This document shows, one piece after another, positions 50,138-60,480 of a stretch of DNA of 64,000 nt. Source of the stretch: Candidatus Cloacimonadales bacterium. GTDB lineage: Bacteria; Cloacimonadota; Cloacimonadia; Cloacimonadales; JAFGVF01. The position numbers and the translations under genes were made by a program. Below the pieces are notes generated by a model. That model saw nothing but the letters and a program-made list of their open reading frames with translations. It searched no databases and was not told where the DNA came from. The first letter of the stretch is position 1. Every line of letters begins with the position of its first letter. The stretch spans positions 832,001 through 896,000 of the forward strand of contig OY762964.1 of the NCBI GenBank assembly GCA_963667035.1, written 5' to 3'.

Positions 50138-52156
50138 ATGGGAAAATATTTAGTAACAAGCGCTTTACCGTATGCAAACGGTAAACTTCATATAGGACAC
50201 GTTGCCGGAGCTTATTTACCGGCTGATATATTCGTGAGATACAGAAGATTGCATGAAGAAGATGTAATCTATATTTGCGGAACCGACGAGCATGGTGCAC
50301 CAATCTCGATTGCTGCCGAGAAAGAGGGACTAAAGCCACAGGATATAGTGGATAGATACCATAAGAGTATTAAAGATAGTTTTGACGGACTTAACATCGA
50401 CTTCGATAACTTCTCGGGTACTGCAAGAAAACCACATCACGGTTTAGCTCAACAGTTCTTTACCGAGTTGCTTGCTAACGGTTACATAACTACCAAACAT
50501 AGCAGTCAATTCTTTGATGAGAAAGAGAATAGGTTCTTACCTGACAGATACATAGAAGGAATATGCCCTCATTGTAATGCTGAAGGAGCCAGGGGTGATC
50601 AATGCGATGCTTGCGGTAAACTAATTGATGCAGAGACTTTGATTAATCCCGTGAGTAAGATATCTGGTTCAACACCTGTCTTGAAAGAGACTTATCATTG
50701 GTATCTGGACCTGCCTAAATTTAATGAGAAACTTCAAACCTGGCTCGGAAGTAAGGACTACTGGAAAGAGAATGTTGTTAATTTCATCATGAGCTGGTTG
50801 AAAGAAGGTTTGATTGAAAGAGCTATTACAAGAGATATAAACTGGGGCGTGCCTGTTCCTGTGGACAATGCCGAGGGAAAAGTACTTTATGTATGGTTTG
50901 ATGCACCTATCGGTTATATATCATCAACCAAAGAATGGGCGGAGCGTATCGGTGAGCCCGATAGATGGAAAGATTATTGGCTTGATAAAGAAACAAAGAT
51001 GATTCACTTCATCGGAAAAGACAATATTCCGTTCCATACAATAATCTGGCCGGCTCTATTAATGGGACAGAATGAAGGTTATGTATTACCTTATGATGTT
51101 CCTGCTAACGAATATTTGACTCTTGAGGGTGACAAGATTTCCACTAGCCGTAATTGGGCTATATGGGTGGAAGATTTTCTTAAACATTTTGATGGTGAGT
51201 ATCTGAGATATGTCTTAGCCGCTAATGCACCCGAGAGCAAAGATGCCGATTTCAATTGGAAAGAGTTTCAGGGTAAGATAAACAGTGAGCTTAATAACGT
51301 ATTCGGTAATCTTGTTAATCGTGTGTTTACTTTCACTAAGAAACGCTTTGAAGGTGTTATTGCAAAACCTGAAAACTTAAGCGATTATGCAGTAAATACT
51401 CTCAACGAAGTTGATACGCTGATAGCTGAAGTTGATAAAGCTTATGCAGGTTATCAAGTAAGAAGAGCTGTGAAGACTATTATGGATATTGCCCGAATAG
51501 GTAACAAATACTTTGATGAGACTCAACCTTGGAAGACTGTGAAAGAAACTCCGGAACAAACACAGGAAACTCTCTATGTTTGCGGAGAGATTATCAGAAA
51601 GATTTCAGTGGTATTTTATCCCGTAATGCCAAAGCATACAGAAACATTGCGTAAGATGATGAATCTCGAGCCAAAGCCGGTTTGGTCAAGTCTTGAGGGA
51701 GTTGAAACAATAGAACTTGGAGAGATTACTGCTCTCTTTAATAAGGTTGAAGATAAACAGGTTGAAGAGCAATTAGCCCTTCTTGAAGCTAATACAAAAG
51801 CAAACCGGAAGAAAGAAGTTGTACCTTTTAAAGAAGAAGTAGAGTTTGATGACTTCATGAAGCTGGATTTTAGAGTTGTGAAGATTATCTCAGCCGAGAA
51901 AGTGAAGAAAGCGGATAAGCTTCTGAAGGTTGAAGTTGAGGACGGAACAGGAATCAGAACAGTTGTTGCAGGTGTAGCTAAATACTACAAGCCGGAAGAC
52001 ATTATAGGCAAGAAAGTTATCATGTTAGTTAACCTGAAACCAAGAAAGCTTAGAGGTATTGAATCTCAAGGTATGATACTTGCTTGCTCTGATGATGAGA
52101 ACTTATCATTCCTTTCCCCTGAAAAAGATTTTGATCCCGGGACGGTAGTATCTTAG
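50138..52156 (+). CDS. metG: methionine--tRNA ligase
   Basis: LPYANG.LHIGH, GTDEHG, YVWFDA and KISTS motifs; C-terminal tRNA-binding OB domain. Confidence 0.97.
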   Translation: MGKYLVTSALPYANGKLHIGHVAGAYLPADIFVRYRRLHEEDVIYICGTDEHGAPISIAAEKEGLKPQDIVDRYHKSIKDSFDGLNIDFDNFSGTARKPHHGLAQQFFTELLANGYITTKHSSQFFDEKENRFLPDRYIEGICPHCNAEGARGDQCDACGKLIDAETLINPVSKISGSTPVLKETYHWYLDLPKFNEKLQTWLGSKDYWKENVVNFIMSWLKEGLIERAITRDINWGVPVPVDNAEGKVLYVWFDAPIGYISSTKEWAERIGEPDRWKDYWLDKETKMIHFIGKDNIPFHTIIWPALLMGQNEGYVLPYDVPANEYLTLEGDKISTSRNWAIWVEDFLKHFDGEYLRYVLAANAPESKDADFNWKEFQGKINSELNNVFGNLVNRVFTFTKKRFEGVIAKPENLSDYAVNTLNEVDTLIAEVDKAYAGYQVRRAVKTIMDIARIGNKYFDETQPWKTVKETPEQTQETLYVCGEIIRKISVVFYPVMPKHTETLRKMMNLEPKPVWSSLEGVETIELGEITALFNKVEDKQVEEQLALLEANTKANRKKEVVPFKEEVEFDDFMKLDFRVVKIISAEKVKKADKLLKVEVEDGTGIRTVVAGVAKYYKPEDIIGKKVIMLVNLKPRKLRGIESQGMILACSDDENLSFLSPEKDFDPGTVVS

Positions 52157-52194
52157 CAAAAATCTCAACTATATTCCTGTTACTATTCGTAACT

Positions 52195-53559
52195 TTGTCA
52201 CTCTTCTCTTTCAAAATTGAGGGAGAGGAACTGTTCGTTGATGTATTAATAGCATCCGGTGATTCATTGATGCTTGATTCTGTGACCTTTGATCTTGTTG
52301 ACAAAGAGGTAGAATCGTTATCTACACCTATAGCAGTCACGATTGATACAACTTATGCTGACATTAAGTACCTGACAAAGGAACGGCATCAGTATGCTGA
52401 GCGTTGTATTGAACATAGATTATTCTTAAAAAATATGCACCTATCTGAGGTAGATGAGTGGTATTATAGCCTGAATAATCTGGAAGTTATGATGCATGAG
52501 AAGTCCGGTGGTGGAGATCTTATTGAGCGTGAAATACACTTTGGCAGGTTCATGATAAATAGTAATGGTGAAGAGAGATTCACTAAGTCCCGAATAACAA
52601 AATTCGATGCAGTAGCATTGACTATTGATGGTTTTGAAGGTACCTATTCCGGTACCTTCAGTTTACTTGCTCATGAAGGAAAAATTGGGATTGTACAACA
52701 GGTTCCTTTTGAGGAGTATGTGATTGGTGTTGTCGCTTCTGAGATAGGTGACTTTGCACCTGATGAAGCTCTAAAAGCCCAAGCGATAGCAGCAAGAAGT
52801 AAGACTGTCAGAACCCTATTGCACCCTCGAAATGAATATCCCTATATTGATTTCTGTAATACTACCACAACACAAGTCTATAGAGGAACCGATAAAGTTA
52901 GACCAAATATCAGGGAGGCTGTTGAAGCCACAAAGGGGCAGGTTCTTACCTATAACGAAGATATTATTGATGCACTCTTTAGTAGTAATTGCGGAGGAGT
53001 AACCGAATCAAATAATAATGTCTGGAAAGGTGATGCTATTCCATACTTACAAAGTGTAAGTGATATCCCGATTGCAGTTGATTACAATTTAAAATCGGAC
53101 GCAGGAGCGAAAAGCTGGATTGATTCAAAATATGTTCCCGAGTCAAAGCAGGAACTTGCCAGTTGGCAGAAGAAGTATTTTCATTGGGTAAGAAATGTTA
53201 AGATAGAAGATGTAGAAGCCAAGACAGGAATAAATAGGATTCTGGATGTTAAAGTACTTAAAAGGGGAGATTCGGGAAGAGTCCTTCAACTACAAGTTAA
53301 TGGTGATGAATCAAAGATACTTAAGAATCAAAGCGAGATTAGAGCAGTCTTTGGAGGACTACCAAGCTCTTTATGCTATTTTGTTAGGACAAAAAGCGGA
53401 TTTAAGGTTATAGGCAGAGGATACGGACACGGAGTAGGCATGTGTCAATCCGGTGCAATAGTCAAAGCTTTTGACGGATGGAATTATAAAAGGATTCTTT
53501 CTCATTATTATCACGGAACAGAGATAGATACCCTTAAGATACTTGATATTTACAAATAA
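52195..53559 (+). CDS. SpoIID/LytB-domain lytic transglycosylase
   Basis: EEYV.GVV.SE, EALKAQAIAARS, QVY.G and GYGHGVGMCQ motifs; true start probably slightly upstream. Confidence 0.88.
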   Translation: MSLFSFKIEGEELFVDVLIASGDSLMLDSVTFDLVDKEVESLSTPIAVTIDTTYADIKYLTKERHQYAERCIEHRLFLKNMHLSEVDEWYYSLNNLEVMMHEKSGGGDLIEREIHFGRFMINSNGEERFTKSRITKFDAVALTIDGFEGTYSGTFSLLAHEGKIGIVQQVPFEEYVIGVVASEIGDFAPDEALKAQAIAARSKTVRTLLHPRNEYPYIDFCNTTTTQVYRGTDKVRPNIREAVEATKGQVLTYNEDIIDALFSSNCGGVTESNNNVWKGDAIPYLQSVSDIPIAVDYNLKSDAGAKSWIDSKYVPESKQELASWQKKYFHWVRNVKIEDVEAKTGINRILDVKVLKRGDSGRVLQLQVNGDESKILKNQSEIRAVFGGLPSSLCYFVRTKSGFKVIGRGYGHGVGMCQSGAIVKAFDGWNYKRILSHYYHGTEIDTLKILDIYK

Positions 53560-53629
53560 TGATTGACTTTGATTTAGAATTAAAGAAAAATAACATAAAT
53601 AATGAAAAGCGTGAAGGAGATAAGGCAGT

Positions 53630-54610
53630 ATGATTAATATGACAACCAAATATCTCGGGTTAACCCTAAAGAATCCAATAGTAATAGCTTCGAGTGGTCT
53701 AACCAATAATCTGGAATCTTTGATTGAATTGGAAAAGAACAACGCAGGTGCGGTAGTTTTAAAATCATTGTTTGAAGAACAGATTAGAATGCAGGTTGAA
53801 TCAGCCTTAAAAGACAGTATTAATCAATATCCCGGAGGAGAAGATTATCTCCGTTATTATGAAGAAAGAAATGTTTTAGATAACTACCTGAAGCTAATAA
53901 AAGATGCAAAAGCTAATCTTTCTATCCCTGTAATTGCCAGTTTAAACTGTACAACCGGTGGTGAATGGACTAAATTTGCTAAAGAAATAGAAAAAGCTGG
54001 TGCGGATGCAATCGAAGTTAATATATTCAGATTACCCTTTGATCTTCAGGATAGTAAAGCTGTTCACGAAGAGACTTATGGTCATATAATCAGAGATATC
54101 AAAGCTAATGTCAGCATTCCTGTTGCAGCTAAGATTGGTAAGTTCTTTACTAATCCTGCTATTTTCATTCAGAAGCTTGCTTTTAGCGGTGCTGACGGTA
54201 TAGTCTTGTTTAATAGATTCTATGGGGTTGATATTGATTTGGATAAAGAAGAAGTTGTGAACGGTAATCATTACAGTACAGCAAATGAGTTTTCGGATGC
54301 TATGAGATGGACTGCTTTCCTTTCAGATAGAATCAAAGCTGATATCTGTGGAAGTACTGGTATTCATACTTGGGAAGAGGGTATGAAAATATTGCTTGCC
54401 GGTGCTACAGCCTTTGAGATTGCCTCAACATTGTACATCAATGGAATTGAGAAGATTAATGACATCCTATCAGGAATGATTAAGTGGATGGAAGCACACA
54501 ATTATACCAGTATTGAGAGTTTAATCGGTAAACTCAAACATTCCGGTGATAAGAACAGCGAGATGTATGAACGAGTTCAATTCATGCTTTATCAAACAAA
54601 GCATGTCTAA
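53630..54610 (+). CDS. dihydroorotate dehydrogenase-like flavoprotein
   Basis: YLGLTLKNP, AVVLKSLFEEQI and GADGIVLFNRFY motifs. Confidence 0.85.
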   Translation: MINMTTKYLGLTLKNPIVIASSGLTNNLESLIELEKNNAGAVVLKSLFEEQIRMQVESALKDSINQYPGGEDYLRYYEERNVLDNYLKLIKDAKANLSIPVIASLNCTTGGEWTKFAKEIEKAGADAIEVNIFRLPFDLQDSKAVHEETYGHIIRDIKANVSIPVAAKIGKFFTNPAIFIQKLAFSGADGIVLFNRFYGVDIDLDKEEVVNGNHYSTANEFSDAMRWTAFLSDRIKADICGSTGIHTWEEGMKILLAGATAFEIASTLYINGIEKINDILSGMIKWMEAHNYTSIESLIGKLKHSGDKNSEMYERVQFMLYQTKHV

Positions 54611-54672
54611 ATAGAATGATTTTTACAAAGGGCTACAACAGCCCTTTTTTATTTTACGCCTAAGGATACTTT

Positions 54673-57114
54673 ATGAAAAGAATACTGATTATCACATTTC
54701 TGTTTGTATGTAGTTATCTGCTTTCCGTAAACATGATTATTAACATACCTGATACTAACAAAGAAAACCTTATGGCTCAAGGTAGGGATATTGCCTGCTT
54801 TAAACCCGATAATACACTTGATTTGGTAATAGATGAATCAGAGTTATCAACTTACAGAGTAGTATATCCTAACTTGTCGGTAGTAACTACAGATAATGAG
54901 TTAAGAAGCAATCTTAGAATGAAGACAAGAGATATACCGGGCTATCATGATTATGCTATGCTTTCTCAGGAATTGTATAATCTGCAAATTCAATATCCTA
55001 CTCTCTCAATGTTAACCACTATTGGTGACAGTTGGGGAAAGATTCAATACGATAATGGTAATATGGCTTATTCTGATTACAATCATCAGTTGTTTGCAAT
55101 GAAAGTAAGTGATAATCCGGAAGTCGAGGAAGATGAACCGGTAATCTATTTCGTAGCAGAGCATCATGCCAGAGAACCTATTTCGTTGGAAGTGGTTCTT
55201 AATCTACTTAACTATCTTCTGGAAAACTATTCAATTGATCCCATGATACAAGAATATGTTGATAACTACCAAATTTGGTTCATTCCTTTGCTTAATCCGG
55301 ATGGTCATAAAGTAGTTACTGATGAAGGGGATATTTGGTGGAGAAAGAATATAAGGGACAATGATGAGGATAACATTCTGGATTTACCGAGTAGCTATGG
55401 AAACTCTACCGATGGAGTAGATTTAAATCGCAACTACGGATGGCATTGGGGTAACTTAAATGCTCCCGATGATTTTAACTACGCTACTTATCACGGAACA
55501 GGACCTTTCTCTGAACCGGAGACTCAAGCTTTCAGAGATTTTCTGGAATCAAAACGTCCTTTAGCGGGAATCAGTTATCATTCTTATGGAAACTATGTTC
55601 TCTATCCTTACGGGTATCATTGGAACGTAGAAACAGCAGATAGAGATCTATTTATAGAACTTGCCGGGGATATGGCTCAACTTATTCATCGAACTAACGG
55701 ACAGCCCTATTCTTCCTTTGTTGAATGGCAGCTTTATCCATGTATGGGTGGTACGGATGATTATGCTTACGGTACTTACAGGACCATTGCCCTTACTATT
55801 GAATTGGCTGATACTTTCATTCCGGATGCGTCTCTTGTTCCTGATATCTGCAGCGAGAATCTTAACGGTCAGCTACACTTCCTTGAAAGGTTTAGCAAAT
55901 CAATCTTAAGGGGTCATGTTACAGATTCAGTTACAGGAGAACCTCTTGATGCAAGAATTTTCATAGATGATTTAGATAACATGGGAACCGGGCAATCGGA
56001 TTACAGAACTAATCCGCAATGGGGAAGTTACTACAGAACCCTATTCCCGGGAGATTATACTTTTAGTGTTTCTGCTGACGGTTATGTAACTCAACGTGGT
56101 ATAGAATGCACAATAACAGATAGTACGGAGACTGTAATAGATATTCAAATGATTCCTTCCGGTGAATGTAATCTATTGATACAAATATTGGATGAGAATA
56201 ACTTACCTGTAAGTGACGCCAGTGTATTGATTGGTCATGAGGAGATAGAAACATATCAAGTTGATACATTAGGAAACTTGTCTTTAAACTCAATTCCTGC
56301 GGGAATATACAAAGTAAGAATAGATTATCCGGATTACGGATTGATTGATCGTACTTTGGAAGTTGCACCTGGAAGTACATATTGGACTTTTAATCTTAAT
56401 CCGGCTTCAACTGTTTATGATTTTGAAACAGAGACTAATGATTGGCTAACAAACGGAGCATGGGGGAGAACCGATAGCGAAAGCATGGAAGGAGTTTATT
56501 CCCTTTCAAGTAGAGCTCCTGACCACTTCTTTCAAAGTAACTGCTTTGCACGCCTAGCTCAGCCGATTGATAACTCAAACGGTGATTTGAGTATTGATTT
56601 TTACATGATGCGAGATTTGAATTATCCGGATAATATATGCTATCTTCAAATATCCGAGAACGGTCAGTTCTGGTTTTCTATCGATAGCTATAGAGAAGAC
56701 GAAGAGTGGACACGATATTCTTATGATTTAAGTCAATACAACTTCACAACACTGTACCTCAGATTCAGTCAACGCATTGATTCCGGTAACACTGATGGAG
56801 TATACATAGATAATTTCTCGATTTATCAAAATCAGGTAACGGTACCGGTAGAAGAGAATGCTCAGCTACCGGTGACAAGCAAACTCTCGGTATATCCTAA
56901 TCCCTTTGGAAATAGTATCAACATTAAGAGGGAAGGGATTTCGGATGAAGAAGTCAACATTTATAACGTGAGAGGACAATTAGTTAAAAGTATCAGAACC
57001 ACAAAGGACAATGTGAAGTGGGATGCAACTACGGTTAACGGACAAAAAGCTTGTAACGGTATCTATTTCTTCCAAAGTGGAGCTGTTAGACAAAAGGCAT
57101 TATTACTAAGATAG
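54673..57114 (+). CDS. secreted M14 zinc carboxypeptidase with C-terminal sorting domain
   Basis: HHAREP, NPDG, WRKN, GVDLNRN, FSEPET and YHSY motifs; YPNPF C-terminal domain. Confidence 0.9.
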   Translation: MKRILIITFLFVCSYLLSVNMIINIPDTNKENLMAQGRDIACFKPDNTLDLVIDESELSTYRVVYPNLSVVTTDNELRSNLRMKTRDIPGYHDYAMLSQELYNLQIQYPTLSMLTTIGDSWGKIQYDNGNMAYSDYNHQLFAMKVSDNPEVEEDEPVIYFVAEHHAREPISLEVVLNLLNYLLENYSIDPMIQEYVDNYQIWFIPLLNPDGHKVVTDEGDIWWRKNIRDNDEDNILDLPSSYGNSTDGVDLNRNYGWHWGNLNAPDDFNYATYHGTGPFSEPETQAFRDFLESKRPLAGISYHSYGNYVLYPYGYHWNVETADRDLFIELAGDMAQLIHRTNGQPYSSFVEWQLYPCMGGTDDYAYGTYRTIALTIELADTFIPDASLVPDICSENLNGQLHFLERFSKSILRGHVTDSVTGEPLDARIFIDDLDNMGTGQSDYRTNPQWGSYYRTLFPGDYTFSVSADGYVTQRGIECTITDSTETVIDIQMIPSGECNLLIQILDENNLPVSDASVLIGHEEIETYQVDTLGNLSLNSIPAGIYKVRIDYPDYGLIDRTLEVAPGSTYWTFNLNPASTVYDFETETNDWLTNGAWGRTDSESMEGVYSLSSRAPDHFFQSNCFARLAQPIDNSNGDLSIDFYMMRDLNYPDNICYLQISENGQFWFSIDSYREDEEWTRYSYDLSQYNFTTLYLRFSQRIDSGNTDGVYIDNFSIYQNQVTVPVEENAQLPVTSKLSVYPNPFGNSINIKREGISDEEVNIYNVRGQLVKSIRTTKDNVKWDATTVNGQKACNGIYFFQSGAVRQKALLLR

Positions 57115-57123
57115 GAGTTAGAC

Positions 57124-57891
57124 ATGGATAATATTGATTTTCAATTGTTTTATTTTTCCGGAACCGGAAATACTATTCTTTTGGTCGATCGTCTTATTGA
57201 AATTCTGGAACAAAGTGGGGAAAAGGTTTTAAAGAGAAGAATAGAGGATAATCCGTCAGTTGATACTAATACACCGATTATCTTAACCTTTCCGATTGCT
57301 TGTTTCTCTACTTATCCGCTTGTATGGAACTTTATCAAGAATATTCCCGAATCAAAGACTGCAACAAAAGTTAGTGTGTTCTACGACATGGCTGGAAGAT
57401 CATTTAATTTTTACAGCTTACTGCATAAGACTTTTAGAAAGAAAGGCTATGCTCCTCAAACTCTTGGAATTATCTTAATGCCAAGTAACATAGTTAAAAC
57501 CCTTCCTCCAGAAGAGAAGCAACAAAACATAATTCAGAATGGGGAAGAGGAAGTAGCTAAATTCGCTAACAATGTAATCAGCGGAGTCAAGAATTGGAAA
57601 TCTAAAGGGATTGCTACCGGTCTTTATAACCGGATGATTCAGAATATGAATTGGTATAAGACTATGAAAGCATGGCAACCTACGCTAGATGAGAGTAAAT
57701 GTACAAAGTGCGGTTTGTGTGCAGATTTGTGTCCAACCAAGAGTATAGAAATGAATGATTACCCCGAGCATCACGATACATGTATGATTTGTCTAAGATG
57801 TATTGGTGTTTGCCCTACTAAAGCATTAAGCTTGGGTAAAACAAAAAGTATACCTTATCTTGCTGTTAAACCTTCAAGATTTAAAGATTAA
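57124..57891 (+). CDS. EFR1-family flavodoxin-ferredoxin
   Basis: YFSGTGNT plus two CxxCxxCxxxCP motifs. Confidence 0.88.
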   Translation: MDNIDFQLFYFSGTGNTILLVDRLIEILEQSGEKVLKRRIEDNPSVDTNTPIILTFPIACFSTYPLVWNFIKNIPESKTATKVSVFYDMAGRSFNFYSLLHKTFRKKGYAPQTLGIILMPSNIVKTLPPEEKQQNIIQNGEEEVAKFANNVISGVKNWKSKGIATGLYNRMIQNMNWYKTMKAWQPTLDESKCTKCGLCADLCPTKSIEMNDYPEHHDTCMICLRCIGVCPTKALSLGKTKSIPYLAVKPSRFKD

Positions 57892-57955
57892 TATAGAAAA
57901 GGTGAGGAGTTTCTACAACTTCTCACCTTTAATAATTATGTATATCTAAGCGTTA

Positions 57956-58717
57956 CTACTTAATTTCAATCCCAACCGGACAATGGTCTGAACCCATTAC
58001 ATCCTGTAAGATAAAAGCATTCTTAATTTCCGAAATGAACTCTTTGTTTACAAAGAAGTAATCAATTCTCCAGCCTGTGTTCCTTTCTCTAGCTTTGAAT
58101 CTATAAGACCACCATGAGTATTGTTGGTCACGTTCATCAAAATATCTGAATGTATCAATGAAACCGTTATCAATAAGCTTATCTAACCAAGCTCTTTCAA
58201 TAGGGAGGAATCCGGAGGTTTGCTCGTTTGCTTTTGGACGGGCAAGGTCTATCGGTTTATGAGCTGTATTATAATCACCGCATACTACAATGTTCTTTCC
58301 GCTCTTTTTGTATTCAAGCATCACTTCCAAAACTCTATCGTAGAATCTAAGTTTGTAATCCAGTCTATCTTCATTCATTTGTCCGTTAGGAAAGTAGATA
58401 TTAAAGAGAGTGAACTTCTCAAACTCGGTCATTACAATTCTTCCTTCAGTTTCAAACTCAGGAGCACCAATCTTGGTGGATTGATTTGTTACGGGAAGGC
58501 TAGTGAAGGTCACAACTCCCGAATATCCCTTCTTTTCGGCAAAATCCCAATATGAGCTACTATATGGTAATTCTTTAATTTCATCAGGGATTTGGTTTTC
58601 TTGAAGTTTTGTTTCCTGCAAACAAAGTACATCAGGCTTGTATTTATTTATTGTATCGGTAAAATCTTTCTTTACTACAGCACGTAATCCGTTTACATTC
58701 CAAGACCATATAATCAT
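57956..58717 (-). CDS. xth: exodeoxyribonuclease III (AP endonuclease)
   Basis: SWNVNGLR, LQETK, GDYN, GWRIDY and SDHCP motifs. Confidence 0.95.
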   Translation of the reverse strand: MIIWSWNVNGLRAVVKKDFTDTINKYKPDVLCLQETKLQENQIPDEIKELPYSSSYWDFAEKKGYSGVVTFTSLPVTNQSTKIGAPEFETEGRIVMTEFEKFTLFNIYFPNGQMNEDRLDYKLRFYDRVLEVMLEYKKSGKNIVVCGDYNTAHKPIDLARPKANEQTSGFLPIERAWLDKLIDNGFIDTFRYFDERDQQYSWWSYRFKARERNTGWRIDYFFVNKEFISEIKNAFILQDVMGSDHCPVGIEIK

Positions 58718-58721
58718 ATTA

Positions 58722-59402
58722 TTACTCCTTCGTATGTTTAGTTGTCACACCTATCCGATTACAATATTCATAGATAGGGCAAGTTGAGCATTTCGGGTTA
58801 ATCGGTCGACAGTGATTTTGACCGAATGCAACTAAATAGGAGTTAATATTCAACCAGTATTGCTCCGGAAGCTTTTCTCTAAGTGCCATCTCTGTTTCAA
58901 AGGGTGTCTTTGTATCAACATATCCGAATCTGTTGCTAATCCTGTGTACATGTATATCGACACATATCGCAGGCTTTTTAAAAGCTATCGCTCTAACTAA
59001 GTTTGCAGTTTTACGTCCTACACCCGGAAGTTGAGTTAAATCATCAATTTCATCTGGTATATTACCATCAAACTTACTTTTCAGAGCTTCCGGTAGTTTA
59101 TGAAGATATTTAGCTTTCTGCCTAAAGAACCCAACAGGGAATATCAGTTCTTCCAGTTCTTCAACGGAATGCTTCCTTAAATCATCAGGTTTATCTATTA
59201 CTTTAAATATTCTTTTCACAACTTCGGTTGTTGTCCCGTCTTTTGTTCTCGCACTTAAGATAGTTGCAACCAAAATCTTGAAAGGATCATGAGTCTGAGC
59301 CTCAACCAAATCTACTATCGGAGTCTGATAGGTCGCAAAATACTCACCTAATATTTCATAGATTTTATCAATATTTACTGTTTTGTTCATAAATCTCCTC
59401 AT
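58722..59402 (-). CDS. nth: endonuclease III
   Basis: LPGVGRKTA HhH motif, VDIHVHR, C-terminal Fe-S Cys motif. Confidence 0.93.
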   Translation of the reverse strand: MRRFMNKTVNIDKIYEILGEYFATYQTPIVDLVEAQTHDPFKILVATILSARTKDGTTTEVVKRIFKVIDKPDDLRKHSVEELEELIFPVGFFRQKAKYLHKLPEALKSKFDGNIPDEIDDLTQLPGVGRKTANLVRAIAFKKPAICVDIHVHRISNRFGYVDTKTPFETEMALREKLPEQYWLNINSYLVAFGQNHCRPINPKCSTCPIYEYCNRIGVTTKHTKE

Positions 59403-59494
59403 TTCATCATCGTTTATGAAAGAATAAGTTAATAATGACAGATTGTCGAGAAAAAGATTGCTTTTTATAATAAACAGGAATTTTTTTACTTTTC

Positions 59495-59720
59495 AGAGTG
59501 CTTCTTGTTTAAGATTTCTGTATGGGAATACGGCATTTTGTCTCCATTTTTCCCCACGGCAATCTGCCGGCAATGGGAAAGCCTCCCGTGGGTCTCCCGT
59601 GGCTTTGCACGAGAGGGTCTGCTCTTGGTCAGGAGAAACCGAAGGGTGCTTATCACATTGCCATCCCGCTCCCGGTGAGGCTCTATGCTCCTTTATTAGA
59701 GCTCATTCATTAAAGCACAG
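59495..59720. ncRNA. unidentified GC-rich structured element, candidate ncRNA
   Basis: About 61% GC over 59551-59690 in AT-rich surroundings; several nested stems; TTGTCG-N17-TATAAT at 59443-59471. Confidence 0.45.
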
Positions 59721-59811
59721 ATACTGTACAATTATTCAATTGAGCTATTAACTTGGTTATATGGACGTTTAGAAACAAATTCCACTTGACATATTCTTCA
59801 ATATCTCACAG

Positions 59812-59853
59812 TTGACTTATTGGTTTGACCATTTAGTCAGACTCATTAGTCAA
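59812..59853. promoter_or_regulatory. putative TetR operator repeats
   Basis: Three tandem imperfect TGAC..TAGTCA palindromes between TTGACA (59786) and the tetR RBS. Confidence 0.6.
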
Positions 59854-59864
59854 GAGGATGAGTT

Positions 59865-60479
59865 ATGGATAATTCCCAGAATACGGAAGAAAGGATTTTT
59901 GACGCAGCGATTGATGCCTTCTGCGACCATGGTTATGATGGCACTAAGATGCAGTTGATAGCGGATAAAGCAGAGATTTCAAAGGCTTCACTTCACTATT
60001 ATTTCAGGAGTAAAGACAGATTATTCGAGCAGGTTGTTAGAAGGCTTTTTTCTGAGTTAATTACCAGAGTAACCGGTGGTCTGCAACCTGAGGATGATAT
60101 TGAGACAATCATCAGGAAGCTTATCTCGGGATACATTAGCACATTTATTAAATACAAGCGACAGACTTATTTCATCTTCTCGGAGATGATGAAACATGAG
60201 AAGTTAGTGGATAAAATAATAGGTGGAGTTATGAATATTGGTAACATCCATCTTATTGCAAAGAGACTGGAAGCAGAGAAGGAATCCGGCACTATCATAG
60301 ATATCTCAGCTGAACACTTGTTAGTAAATATGATCTCAATGAGTGTTTACCCGATTATTGCAGAGCCACTGGTTAGAAGAGTGTTTACTATGGATAAAAA
60401 AGAATATGATAAATTCCTGGAACAACGAGCCGAGATTGTAGCATCCTTTGTTCTAACAGCCGTGATGAAGAGGAGTTAA
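59865..60479 (+). CDS. TetR/AcrR-family regulator
   Basis: AAIDAF..GY..T....IA..A.ISKASLHYYF.SK. Confidence 0.92.
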   Translation: MDNSQNTEERIFDAAIDAFCDHGYDGTKMQLIADKAEISKASLHYYFRSKDRLFEQVVRRLFSELITRVTGGLQPEDDIETIIRKLISGYISTFIKYKRQTYFIFSEMMKHEKLVDKIIGGVMNIGNIHLIAKRLEAEKESGTIIDISAEHLLVNMISMSVYPIIAEPLVRRVFTMDKKEYDKFLEQRAEIVASFVLTAVMKRS

Positions 60480-60480
60480 G

